This document shows, one piece after another, positions 38,071 through 52,936 of a stretch of 64,000 nucleotides of DNA. Source of the stretch: Octopus vulgaris. Its lineage: Eukaryota. Every line of letters begins with the position of its first letter. The first letter of the stretch is position 1. The notes beneath the pieces are model-generated. The model was not told the DNA's origin and did not search any database. It saw only the letters and a program-made list of their open reading frames with translations. The position numbers were made by a program, and so were the translations under genes. Where the stretch lies: positions 69,688,001-69,752,000 of the forward strand of contig OX597818.1 in assembly GCA_951406725.2 (NCBI GenBank), given 5' to 3'.

Positions 38071-39244
38071 CTAGCATGGAAAATGATGTTAAACGATGAT
38101 GACGATGATGATGATGTTTATATATATATGAACTTACGTAAACACACAGATACATTCAAATATTTGTGCAAGACTTCACGCATGGTTCAAAGAAAGAATT
38201 TATACAAGCTTATACATACACACATTCATATACACACTTAAATATATGTATGAAAAATGAGAACAATAATCAAACGTAATGGAATAAGACATCGTGAACT
38301 ACAATAAAATAAGGTGAAAACAAATTAAACAGGTAATATAAAGTGAAATATTAAAAAGTTAATAAATTAAAAGTTAACAAGCACATACTTTTAAACATAC
38401 TTATACGTATGCACACAACTACATATACACATGCACATAAATAGGGGACAGAAGGGATCTATATAGGCAGACACAAACACACATACATACATCTACAGTA
38501 AAAACTTATGAAATGAAATCCTAAATAACAGATCAAATAAGATGAAATAAGCAAAAATAGAACATAGAAATATTGTAGTAAATTTAGACAAGTAAAATCC
38601 TTTGAAAATTAAAATGGTACGATAAGGCCTGCTAATTAGGCTTACAACAATAGGAAGTAATTAATACAAAATACCGTCTTTGCCTAGTGGTAGGATATAT
38701 TACCTGAAAAGCAGCAAAACTAAATTCACCTATTAGATTGTAGCAGGAATATTTAGCAATTGAATCCAGATCACTATATCTGATGCAGAAAAGAACAACT
38801 CAAGAATATGATCATGATTCGCTAGAATATTACAGACATCATCAAAATCTCGGAAAATTGAAGACTTAATGTAGAACAGGAGCTAACAACAATTTCATCT
38901 TTGGCGCACTTTTTCTGAGTAAGACCACCACTATATATTCAGTGCATCTTAGTCACTACCAAAAGATGGTGGATAGCAGATGGCAGACAGCTGCTATCAG
39001 ACTGTACACAGAAAATGGCAGTCAGCAGACAAAAACAGAATCAGCTACAATGGACAGATGGTGACAGCAACACACAAGGATCAGCTAACATCCAGGAAAC
39101 CACGACAGTGACTGGTATCATACCTAATCCAAGAACAATAACCTTTGACCTATTTTAATGCAGCAGTGACAACAATTTTTTTGTTTACGATAAAAATGAA
39201 TGTTATTTATCAAAAATCTTAAACAGATTTCAGTTATCATAACA

Positions 39245-39485
39245 AAATATCACCATCCGATCGTGGCCGTTTGCCAGCCTCGTCTGGCACCTGTGCCGGT
39301 GGCACGTAAAAAGCACCCACTACACTCATGGAGTGGTTGGCGTTAGGAAGGGCATCCAGCTGTAGAAACATTGCCAGATCAGACTGGGCCTGGTGCAGCC
39401 TTCTGGCTTCCCAGACCCCAGTTGCACCGTCCAACCCATGCCAGCATGGAAAGCAGACGCTAAACGATGATGATGATGATGATGA
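39245..39485 (+). mobile_element. RTE 3'-UTR fragment with (GAT)n tail
   Basis: ggttggcgttaggaagggcatccagctgtagaaac...gtccaacccatgccagcatggaaagcagacgctaaacgatgat. Confidence 0.88.
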
Positions 39486-40039
39486 CAGCAGTGTGTCAGA
39501 AAGCTTTGCTTAATTTGTGGAGGACATCTCATTCAAGTGTTATCCTTGCATTTCATAATCTGCATTAATGTTCTCTTCCTGGGCACAGTTAACCAAACAC
39601 ATGTTAGAGCACTACCAACTGCTAGTTTCGTTTAGGTCCACATTACTTCATATGCAAGTGTGTGTGTGTGTGTGCGTGTGTGTATTCATGTATATAAACA
39701 TATGCTATACTGTGCTACAAGGTATAACAAAAGATTTTTATCCAGCACTGTATGCGATAAAACTTTGTAGACATTTTATATACAATTATATATAAAGATA
39801 ACTTCAGGAACAGAGAAGAAAGAGAGATCAGCCAAATTAGTTTCAATGCTGTGTTGGAATTTCACAGTAACTGACTCCCCACTTTAATTGTGTAATGAGA
39901 GAACATTGTCAATTAACCAACTCTTTCTAAGAGTTTCACTAAAATTGATAGACTTGGTTACAACAAATTCTTAGCAGCAATTTCATTTAATAAACTACTG
40001 GTGTGCAGAAGAGTGTTGCTCCAAACCTTTATTATATAT

Positions 40040-41522
40040 CAACAGGCATTCCTTCTCTCTCCCCCTACACTTGCCTCCCCTTTCACCACTCTTATCACTC
40101 TCTTTGCTCTTCTTTTTACTTCTCTGTAGCGATCACCAGCCTCTCCATCCCTTTTCTGCAACCTCTTTTCAAAGGCCCTTTTCTTCTCTGACACCGCATC
40201 CCTTACCTGCTCATTCCACCACCCACTCCCTTTCCTCACACCCCTTCCAACCACTCATGTACCACACACCTCAGAGGCACATCTCATTACTGCCTCTCTA
40301 AAGGCCTCCCACCCCTCCCCCTCCACATCTCTGACCTCCTGCTTCTTTACCTGTTCGTATTCACCTCTCAGTTTCTCTTCATACTCCTGCTCCTCCTCTC
40401 TCCTATCCAGTTCACTCACCTTCACAACTTCTCTCCTACCTGTCACTCGTCTAGCATTCCATTTTGAGCTTACCTGTCATCTTACCTTGTATTAAGAAGT
40501 GATCTGATACTCCTCCACCTTCACCTCTCATTACCACCAACCTCCCTCCCACTCTCTTATCAATTAATACATAATCCATCAAGGCCCCTTCGACCATTGT
40601 TCCTCTCCCCACTCTCCACCATGTGAACTTACTCTCCCACTTTTCAAAAAGCCTATTCCCCACCACCACCACCATCTCCTGCTCCCTCCACATTTCCAAC
40701 AACCTCCTCCTTCCACTCTCATCCCCACCATGGACTCCATAGTGTCCTCCCCATATTTTCTACTTCCTCATTTCCCACTCAAGCATTCAAATCACCCAAC
40801 ACCACCACATAACCACTTTTCTCCACCCTATCCACACACTCTGTCAGTTCCTTCCAGAACTCCTCTACTTCTTCCTCGCTCCTTTCACTCCCTGGACCAT
40901 AAGCACTAAAAGACACCCACATCTCTCCTCCTCGCCTCACCTCAACTCACATCAATCTTGAAGACACTTTCCTCCACTCCATCACATTCTCCTTCAAATG
41001 CTCACTCACCAGGAATGCCACTCTCTCATGAGCCTTCCTCCTCCCATCCCCAAACTGACACCCTCCCTTACCTTTCATCTGAGTCTCATTCAGTGCCGGC
41101 ACATCCATCCTTCTCCTCACCCTAACCCTAACCCTATCTCTCTCCTCTTTGTCTCACTTGTACTACACCCAAGCACATTCCATGACCCTAGTACTAGGCT
41201 GAGATTTAGTATTAAGCTCCTCCCACTCCCTTGCTTTTTTCTTGCTGTCTTTTAAGGAATATGAAATTACTAGGAGTAATTTTTAGTCACTGCTTATGCC
41301 ATGCAGGGAATGCAGTGACTGTATTCGACCGATCCCCACTTCCCAGTCGTAGGGTGCTTTGCTAGCTAACCCAGAGCTGGGACCCTTACAAGTGCTACCA
41401 CTCCGGGCCAGAGTAGACCTGGGAACAAAAGTGGCTAAGAGGTGGTTCCACACTTCTCAATCCCTGAAACGAAGGCCCCAGGGTCCCACTACCGAATGTA
41501 GCTTACAGTTATACCCAGGCCT
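40040..41522 (-). mobile_element. 5' part of an APE-type (RTE-like) LINE: 5' UTR plus decayed endonuclease domain
   Basis: Minus ORF fragments VGNRLFEK..KFTW, MDYVLI, SDHFLI, GWWNEQVRDAV; purine-rich coding strand. Confidence 0.8.
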
Positions 41523-41700
41523 GAAACTTTATTATACTATAGAATATATCCATAAACCTTAGTCAATAACATTGGATACACAAAACCAAAAGTGTCATCT
41601 TTAGTCATCTTTTGAAAGCTATGCTTGGATTTTACCAGCAACAAATCACCATTCTTTTAACCATCCAGGTTTGGCTAGCACTTCATATAAATTCATTATT

Positions 41701-42925
41701 ACAAGGGTGGGCTGAAAAGCTTATAGGCTGACAATGAAGGAGTGATGCTAGAGCTGTGAAATCATGTATGCATTCGGTTCCACTTTTCTTATTAATAACT
41801 GCTTTATTTTTCCCAGGTAAACTGACATCTGACTGTTGAAACAAGAATTCAAAAGTAACCAGTAGCGACTCCTCTTGAAACTGGACAAGATTTGAGATTG
41901 TGCTGTTATCAAGTGACTGCAGAATAAGGTTTCAGCCCTGAAGGACTAAATTCACACTGATGTGGTTGCTACATTAGGGGATGACACTCCAGCTTTATCG
42001 ACAGTGCAAAAGTGGGATGCTGAATTTAGAAGGGGAAAGGAGAGTCTTCAAGGTGACCCAAGGTCAAGACATCCTGCAACTGCCACCACTGAGGAAAACA
42101 TTGATCGTGTCCACCACATGCTGATGGATGACAGGTGATTGACTACAAATTAAATAGAAAATGCTATTAGCATATACTGTGAGAATGTTGAGATTATTCT
42201 GCACAATGAACGAGGCATGACGAAGATTTCTGCTTGGTGGGGGCTGCATCTTGATATTTAATCTATTTCTTTATTGCCCACAAGGGGCTAAGCATAAAGG
42301 GGACAAACAAGGACAGACAAAGGGATTAAGTCGATTACATCGACCCCAGTGCATAACTGGTACTTAATTTATCGACCCCGAAAGGATGAAAGGCAAAGTT
42401 GACCTCGGCAGAATTTGAACTCAGAATGTAACAGCAGACAAAATACCGCTAAGCATTTCGCCCGGTGTGCTAACCATTCTGCCAGCTCGCTGCCTTTATT
42501 AATATTTAATCAAGAGCACACCAAGCTGATCGCTTTACAGGAAAATCTGATATTGCTTGAGGCAGATCCAGCTGGTTTCTTTGAGTGTTTCTTAACCCCA
42601 GATGAGTGTTGGGTTCATCAGTTTGAGCCAGAGACAAAGAAATAATCCATGCAGTGGAAACGCCCCTTCTTCAACTGCCCCGAAGTAGGCAATGGTCGTT
42701 TCATCTACAGGGAAGGTGACGGTCTCCATTTTAAGTGATGCAAAAGGTATTGTATTTACTGTCAATCTTGAAAACGGTCATGCCATCAATGGAGAATAGT
42801 ATGCCAACTTGCTGAAGCCGATACAAAAGGTTATCAAGACCAAACACCGGGGAAATTTGACAAAATGAGTCATGTTTCATTAAGATGACATTCCAGCACA
42901 CAAGACCTTCGTTTGAATGCTTATA
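41701..42925 (+). mobile_element. Decayed mariner transposon (3'-truncated), interrupted by a SINE
   Basis: TIR-like acaagggtgggctgaaaag; IHTDVVATLGDDTPALSTVQKW..EFRRGKESL..DPRS, TPDECWVHQFEPETK. Confidence 0.88.
42264..42498 (-). mobile_element. SINE family A (alternative 3' tail) with about 13-bp TSD
   Basis: TSD ttgatatttaatc (42251-42263) / ttaatatttaatc (42499-42511); well-preserved core. Confidence 0.9.
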
Positions 42926-43689
42926 TCCATCTCATGTAGATATGTTGGTTGAAATATTTAGACATATTTTGTTGTGCAACATAACATTCAAGCAGTGTTA
43001 ATGCACATGTAATTCATGAATGAAGCCATGTGACCAGAATTGGTTATTAATGCAAATTGGTCAATCCAATGAAATTAAGTCCTTTATAATTGTGGTTTTA
43101 TATGCAATGGCTCCATTGACAGTTGAAATTGAGTCTCAGGCACAGATGAAATCTGAGTGGAAGCATGAAACCTTCTCAGTTGATCTCTTTTTTCTCTAAA
43201 ATATTGTGATGGGGATTGCATTTGCTGCTACACTCATTATTGACCAAAATCTATAGATGTAACCCTGAAACAGATTATCACTGGCACATCAACAATTTAT
43301 ACAATTATATACATACACACACACAGATATTATGCATACATACATGCATACATTCATACATACATGCATGCATACATGTATGAGTGCTTGAGAGAGAGAG
43401 AGACAAAAAGAGAGATAGAGTGTGTTTGCAGGTATACACAAATGCAGATTTATTCAAGTATATAAACTCAAATATATAAATAATCATAAACAGCCATTTC
43501 AACCATAAGTTTTGACGGGTGTCGAAACTTGTGTAATGAATTTGTTTGAATAAATGTGTGTATAGAGATGCTATAGATTCTAAGTTTACTTCATGAAATA
43601 TGTATTGAGCAATAAATTTTAAAATATCTGCTTCGTTTTACATCGGTTGACAAAGAATATAACACACATGCATATTTACATATCTATAA

Positions 43690-44126
43690 ACAAATCAAAA
43701 TTGCTGGTAAGGCCAATGACAGTACCACCTGATTGCCACTTGTGCCAGTGGAATGTTAAAAGCACATCCGAGCGTGATCATTGCCAGGGCCACAGATTGG
43801 CTCCTATGCTGGTGACACGTGAAAAGCACCATTCAAGTGTGATCGTTGCTAGCGTCGCCTTACCGGCACGTGAAAAACAACATTTGAGTGTGGTCGTTGC
43901 CAGTGCTGCCAGACTGGCTCCCATACATGTAGCACATAAAAAGACATGCAGGTGGCATGTAAAAGTACCAACTCTTGGAGTGGTTGGCGTTAGGAAGGGC
44001 ATCCAGCTGTAGAAACTTTGCCAGATTAGATTGAGTCTGGTGCAGCCTCTGGCTCACCAGTCTTCAGTCAAACCATCCAACCCATGCCAGCATGGAAAGC
44101 AGAAGTTAAACGATGATGATGATGAT
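43690..44126 (+). mobile_element. RTE 3'-UTR fragment with internal degenerate repeats
   Basis: Repeated (g)cacgtgaaaa...gtgatcgttgc modules, then the standard tail. Confidence 0.85.
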
Positions 44127-46037
44127 ATATACTTGTATGTGTATATATGTGTGCAGATATGCATGTGTATATGTATGTACATGTGTTGATTGGAATTTCA
44201 AGTTTCACACGATGGCTAATTGACCTTGGATCGTTATTTTCTTGAATCATTGCAATGTGTAAACTACACAAATGTTTGAAAAAGTTTTTGAACGTTGCAT
44301 GTGAAAAGTAAGGCAAAATATTTAAGGCGATGTCAATAAATGACAACAAAAATAAAGCACTAAAATGATTTACTGATAACAACACATTATTCCAAACTCT
44401 TTGGCTGTTTTCTTTCTTTTATTTGAAAAGGGGAATCTTTCCTGAAATATTTTAGGATCATTAAACAACCTGTGTAAGGTAATAAAATGTCTTTTCTTTA
44501 TGCTTTCCTTTATCACCATCACATTACATACTTTGCCATATTTTTCACTTGAGTTGCTTAAAGCTTTTTACAGTATTTACTTCATTCACCTTGAAGTAAT
44601 TTTTTAACTACCTGCCTCCTGCCATTTACTTTCAGACTTATTTTCTGACTTTTAAACTATCCTATTAGATTTCTGTCACCAATAAATTTCATTTCCTCCT
44701 AATTTTTACACTGAATGTAAACTGCTACATAAACATCTCATCTTTAACATGGCTTACCTTCTGTTTTCCTTCATAAACACCTGAAACCTATCTTACTTCA
44801 CTGGTTGAATAAGCTGTCAGGCGAAACCGAAAGTCCCTGTCACAGTGATATTTACAATAAACTTGACTCTACTCTCATTGGGAAATGTTCCCATGTTATT
44901 CTTAAACTAACTTTAAATAATAGCTTCAATTTAGCGTTTATGTATGTATACATGTATACACATTAACACAGAGAATATTATTTGATACAAACACACATAT
45001 ATATAGCCTTTACATTACATTTAATTGACAAATTCTTCCATTAAAACTTTCTCCAGTCTGAAACTTCTATCTTCAGCAAGAATAACCATTGAAAATTTTC
45101 TGTGAGTCCATTCCAGAGCTACTGCTGCCCATTTAAACTGATTGTGTCGCTTGATAATGTTTTCTTTAGTATTGATAGTGTGGAATATAATTATGAGATA
45201 CAATCATTATACGACACACAATGCTGTTTAATTTGAAAGAGCAAACTGTCACTGTGTGTGTTTCAGACTCAACAGAGACATTTCTGCATCGCTCTATGGC
45301 AAGAGAGTTTACTTAGCGGAAATTAATTATATTTAGTTCTTAATTATAGGAGCGAATTAATAAAAACAGAATGGAACTGAAACAGAAAAGAGTAGAAGAG
45401 AAAAGAGGCGAATATTCTTCAAGGAAACTTTAAATTAACCATTTCCCACCCACTCTCCATATATTTCGTTCTTTCATTAAATTCTGTATCCGTGATTTTC
45501 ATCCTCCTGGCAGAGGCTAGGGTTTCTTTGGTCAGATGCCAGTCCTGTAGCTAATCTTATTTTTTCAAATAAGGAATATTTTATTCCCAGATTATTTGAA
45601 GGGACAATACATCGACAGAGAAAATGGCATCAACGTCACTGCTAGTAGCTGAGTAACTCCCAGAGATACACAAATCTAAGCAAATACACAAAAGTAGGTG
45701 TGTCCACACTCACAGACATACATACATGTCTACCCACCCACCCACCCACCTGGGTAAAACCATGGACAATGTTGCAGAGAAATGTCTGCCTCGGATGAAT
45801 GTGAATGGCAACTGAACCGACTGAATGCATGCAAATGCTGCATGAAAGGACCTGGAGGACACTTATCCAGGAGAAACACATGTTGGATTGGAATTCAAAG
45901 AGAACAATACTGGGAATAAGTAAATTTTGAAGATGTATAATTCTACATTCTTTTTTATGACGTACACACACACATACACACACACATACACACACACATA
46001 CACACACCCATACATATAGACATATATATATATATAT

Positions 46038-47213
<1,176 letters not shown>

Positions 47214-48764
47214 CATGATGGACTTCTTTCAATTTCCATCTAGCAAGTTCATTCACCAGTTTTTAATTGTGTGTGTGTGTGTAGCTGCATTTGTAATTTC
47301 TTATCACTCTGGGCATTGTTAAACTTGTCTATGTCCTCTGCCTTCTCCTTTTCCTCCTCCTCTTTCTCCTCCTCAACCTCCTTCTCTTCCCCTTGATCAT
47401 CATCATCAAACACTACTATATGATTCATCATCAATGTCATTGTATTCTTCTTCTGTGAGGGAATGCAGGAGTGAAATGAAAATATAGATACATAAGTGAA
47501 ACCCTACAGCAGCCTTCAGTGCATCTGATGTTTATCTTTCATATGTTGAACAGTGAAAGCTTGTGGGAAGTTTCACTCCGTCTGCTGCTTATTGTCTCCA
47601 TTTTGATGTTCATTAAGTATACAATGGTGGGAAATGAGAGGGAACCAGATTAATATTACAGAAATACTTAATGCTCATCTAACTCCCTCAGATTATCAGA
47701 GAGATATTTGCCACATAAGAATATCAACTTTTAAGAAATACTTCTTGCATATTTTCTTTTGTAAAATTCCAATTTTGAAAAATTCCACAACAAATCATTT
47801 GGAATAAATATCAGAACATCAAATAATCTTGTTCAGTTTGACACTGATGTAATATTAGTTCTTTTAGACAAGTTGATATTTACAAGTTACCATAGAGAAA
47901 CTATCCAGAGTTTTCTAAAACATGAGAAATTATCAGTAAATTGAGATCTAGTAATACTGATTAAAACTAGTGGTAAGAAATTTTCAAGAGAGTTGAACAT
48001 CAGAAGACCTTCAGAGAAGAATCCCCACCCACTCAGTCACGTGTTTTGGATCTTAACCTCTTATCTTCCAAGAGGACTGGGCCACATCTAGGTCATGACC
48101 CCTAGGTACCATTCTACTGACACTTTTTAGCCACTTGGATATCAGAGACTTGTGCATTGAAACCACTTGGAGATTTCCTCTAGTTGTAACTTCTCCCCAT
48201 TGACTCATCTCTCGAACTCATTCTTAAAGAAGAAATAATCTTGGTTGCCATGTTAGTGGTGAAACTTAAATGCTACCACAATGACTCACTCAGACTTATT
48301 TGTCTTAGCATTGAAATATGAAAATTGCCTTCAAGCAGTATGGAGGTCGTTTCTGTTCCAATTTGACCAGATCCAACTGGAACAACTGTCTCTGATATTG
48401 CCTTTCAGAAAACATAGCTTCTTTTTATTTTTTTTTGGCAAACTCTAGTGATGAATTTCAAGGAAGACAACCTGAAAATTTTATCTTTTGTTTACAGCAT
48501 TGAGTGAGTAGATTTCGAGCACAGAAAAAATCAAATGCATGCTCCAGCCTTATCAGACCTCATTTGGGAATGATTATCTTTGGCCTCAGTTTACCATTGA
48601 CTTGCTTTACTCAGGCTCTCAAGTCAGATGCAAGCAAATGGATGCCATTGTGGTTTACAGCATGTCTTGGACATATTTTTAGACCAGCAGATCTTCTCAT
48701 TCCTTTCAGTCTCTTCTAGAAATGGAGACAACAGACAGACACACAGACTGTCAAGAATCGACTG

Positions 48765-48910
48765 CAGTAAAGGATTGAAGTTTTATTTATTGAACCAGAT
48801 TGACTGAAAGACAAAGATGACCTCAGTTTTATTTGAACTTGGTGTACAGAATGCTACAGCAAACACTGCCAATTATTCCATCCAAAATTCTAAAAAATTG
48901 GTTGCCTTAG
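48765..48910 (-). mobile_element. Decayed SINE family A
   Basis: tgaaagacaaagatgacctcagttttatttgaactt. Confidence 0.55.
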
Positions 48911-51384
48911 TTTGTCATGATATTTTATAGAATTCTTTTAGATTCAGATTTTCTATGTAAAATTGGCATAGACTATTTCTGCTTCTTGTAGCATCTTAAT
49001 TTACTGTGACACATCTCATTGCTATGACATATCGGAAGGTTAGTATGAAGGAAAAATTCTGTGGTTTTGTTTCATTTGTAAGTGATAAATTAAAACATAG
49101 ATTTAAGTGAAACCTTGCTGTAAGTTTTAATTCATCTGCAGCTTATCTTTTCAACTATGAATCACAGCAAGTATTTAAGAAGGAAATGAAAATAAGCAGA
49201 TAACAGAGACTATATTTTAAATCCATGCACTTATATAACCAACACAGAAATGGTGCAGAGAAGCCAATAATACTGGTGATGCTAACAAAAAGAACGAGAA
49301 AACTCTTGTAATATTCTGTTTGGTAAAATTAATTATAAATTGTGGATTTTGCAGTCAATGGTTGTAACCTTCAGTGATATGGTACTGATAATCTTTATTC
49401 TAATCTTAGATATATTGCTAGAACAGTTAAAGCTTCTAGATAATTTTTTTATTTATTTTATATACGTTTTGCAGAACAATTGATAAATGAATAACATGGC
49501 AACCATTCTGCAACCATTCAGCAACTTTGTGGTGGTAAATCTATGTCAGTTGTCAGTAGATATGAATTGTTTTCAGAGCAAATAATCTTTTATTAATCAC
49601 GGCAATTTAATTAGGGTTACAATAAATTTTATCTTTTCTGATAATTATGATTGTATTAGCTTCCAATATGATTAAAAACAGAAGCAAAAGTTAAAAAAAA
49701 GAAACAAAAAAATTATTTTTCCATATTCCATTACTTAAAAATTCTGATAGTTAAGAATACAAAATGATAAAGATCGCGTACACTTCACCTGTCAGCATTT
49801 ATTGTGAACTTTAATATTTTCCACAAGGTATTTAGTTATAAAATTTGTAAATATTTTTCTTCAGTTTGTTTGAAATCATTCAAAACCAGTTCATTTATTC
49901 TCAAAGCAGAATTACCGAATATAACAAATGACATTTGATATTAGTTATTTTTCCCAGAAGTAAAAACCTCATTTCAGGATACAAATATTCAGATAGAATT
50001 TAGTTCCCTAAAGCAGGAAGACCACAAAAGAGGTGAAAAATAGTTTTCTGTTACTTTCTGGTTCTTAGTTCAAAGATAATATTTATCACCTGTTCCTTCT
50101 CATCCATTTATTCTATATCTATAGGTATTTCCATAGAAACAAACTGAATGAATGAGGACTCACAACCAGATGGGCAAAAACACCATCTTTTTTTAAAAAA
50201 TTGTGTTATTTCTCTGGTACCATAAGTTTCTTATAGAGTTTGTGATGTGAATGACACAGTGCCCTCAGCATGCTGCAAGTATCAATCTCCTGAAATTAGA
50301 GTTAGGGCCTTATTTATTCTTTTCACTCCGGTTCAATAAATGGGTTCCCCTGCAAGAAACCTCTGGAACCAGTGAAATGATGTTATTCTATTAAAACATT
50401 ATACATACCTGTTATGTGTGTGTGTGTGTGCGCGCGTTTATATGTGGTGTGTTTGCGTGTGTGTGTGTGTGTTTGCGTGTGTGTGTGTGTGTTTATATGG
50501 GATGTGTGTGTGTGAAAATAGTAAAAAACATACAGTAACTACGGGGAAGGACAAAATGCAAACACATATAAGCCGACTTCATCAGACGACTTTATTCCCG
50601 AATCCCTAAGCTTTCGGCACAAGTATTTCAGAAAAAGTTTGTATCCCCTCCCTGAAAAATGCCAAGTTCTACAGAAAACAGAATGAAGGCATGTCTTGCA
50701 ATTAAAACCACAGGTGATATTAGAAAAGTCTGGTGACTGAAGACAGAGGAGACCAAAGACAAATCCCAGCAGCCATAGGATCCAATGATTCACATCATTT
50801 TTGTTCCTCAGAGAAGATGTTGTTTCTAATGAGAAAAGCATCTGTGAGTTCCATTTGGAGAGATGTACAGGTTTGGTACATTGTTGCAAGGCACATTATG
50901 GGTCTGCAGTTCTTATGGGGTTTCTTGTGTCAACATTTTTAGGGAGCAAAAGGTTATACTATTGGCCAACTATTCTGGGGTCATCAGCAGTTTCTTCATA
51001 ATTGCGTTGTTACAAATCAGTTCCTTGTGTGAGTTTGTAGACAGAGCCAATAGTTTGGGATCTTTTCCATACCAGGTGACTTCCATTTACTGGACGTTTT
51101 TTACTTATCATTATACTGGCCTAAGTACCTGGCATTGCTCAGAAGTTCAAAGAATGTTAAAGGAAATAAATATATTTATTCTGATTCAAAAGATATTTGC
51201 ATAAAAATTCTATCAGATGACGTATAAACAAAGTTATTAAAACAAATCCTGAAATCAATCACAGTTTAATGTTTTCAGTGTGTCCTTTAATTGGTGTACA
51301 AAGAAAAAGAGTTTTAGGACTTCCAACTCATGAACATCTTACATATAATTGCCCATGAGAGAAGTAAGGAGAATCAAGGTTAAG

Positions 51385-51875
51385 TCCAACAATGTTGAGA
51401 GATTGTGGTTCAAATTTTTTTATGGACATAGTAAAACTTAGTTTCACTGGGAACTGGATCCATTTAAATTTAAAGGAGGGGTTCGATAGGATTAATGGGA
51501 TCCATGGAATGAAGACGTCATCACCCTTATATTTCCCAAGAGAAATGAAACTTGGCAGTAAGGACTAAACCTCTTGTTTCATTATCACAATTAAAACGTG
51601 TTTATCTTTACTTTTAAAAAAAGACGTGGGTCGTAGACGTATGATGGAGAATTATTCAATGTCGTGTTTGCTTCAATCAGAATAGTTTACCTTTAAAGCA
51701 TAAAAACAAAACCAACTTGTACGACAGGTGTGTAAAAAATATTTATGTTTCCGAAAAAAGTTGAAAATTTAGTGACCCCTACCCACACACCCACCCCTAG
51801 AACGTTCCCCTAGTGATGAAAAACCTTCATGCCAAATTTGGTACAGCCTGATCCAGCAGTTTGGCAGTGCCACTC
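51385..51875 (+). mobile_element. Helitron/Helentron-like non-autonomous fragment
   Basis: aaatgaaacttggcag and aaccttcatgccaaatttggtacagcctgatccagcagtttgg resemble DINE-1/Lep1-type core motifs (recalled, not searched). Confidence 0.45.
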
Positions 51876-51985
51876 ACTAAAAAGAAAAGATGCAAGAAAA
51901 ACTAAATAAATAAAAAAATTTAAGCTATCACTCTCCCCCTCCCCTATTTCTCACACACACACACACACACACACAGCAAGACACA

Positions 51986-52019
<34 letters not shown>

Positions 52020-52284
52020 AGTCAGTCATACACTCACCATAAAAAGATGTGAAAAAAGTAAATAAATAAAAAAAATTTACACTATCACTCTCTCTCTTTC
52101 TCTGTTTCACACACCTCTTTCTCTCTTTCTCTCTCTCTCTGTCACACAAACACACACACACACAAACACTCACTGTAAAAAGATGCAAGAAAAAATAAAT
52201 AAAAAATGTATGCTGTCACTCTCTATCTCTCTTTCTTACACACAACACACACTTTTTGTCTCGCATCCCCCATCAACACATACT

Positions 52285-52836
52285 GAGTGAGTGAGCAGTG
52301 CATGCCATCATTTGACACTGGGATAAAATATACAAAGCCCAGTATACCCATCATGACTACCCATCTGGTAAGGGTACAACAGACACATGCATCACAACCA
52401 TATGTGCATGACATGGGGATCTCATATCAAGGTAAACAGCGCATGACATTGCAGGTGCGGCCCAGTTAGAATTTTCTTCTGATCAAGTAGCCCATCCCAC
52501 TCAAAAAGTCCTTGAATAAGGGTTGTTTGAGGATGTTGAACAAAACACCTACGTCTCCAAAGGTGAATTAGCCAAACTCCAAAGCATTCCCCTCAAAATA
52601 TGGCTATGATGCTCTCCCACTACTTCTGCTCGTGATCAGAGATGCACATATCATCAACCACTACGGGACATGCTCAATTGGTTAAGGTCAAATAATTGAC
52701 AAGCAAATCTGTGGTATTCAGCAGAATATTTGCTGTAGCCCATCTTTTATACCAAGACAAAACAATGTACATGATAACACCTCCAATCAGTTAAGATCAG
52801 ATGCCACGAAATTCACTGCCTGGTACTGCATTGGGG

Positions 52837-52892
<56 letters not shown>

Positions 52893-52905
52893 GTTGTTAT
52901 TATTG
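52285..52905 (+). mobile_element. Unclassified interspersed element ending in (ATT)n
   Basis: GC-richer block with an abrupt (ATT)n tail, like a retroposon 3' end; single copy in this window. Confidence 0.4.
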
Positions 52906-52936
52906 ATGAGAACTATTATTCATTTATAATAGTTAT

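Noticed and set aside
38900-39170. Possible LTR or unique regulatory block
   Set aside because: No defined termini, TSD or second copy.
44758-44780. Minus-strand micro-exon (tttcag...gtaagc); similar candidates at 62418-62428 (-), 55854-55873 (+) and a donor at 12263 (+)
   Set aside because: Such motifs are expected by chance in 64 kb of AT-rich DNA, and there is no consistent gene model.
50418-51204. Cluster of overlapping short ORFs
   Set aside because: No recognisable protein motifs or coherent splice signals.
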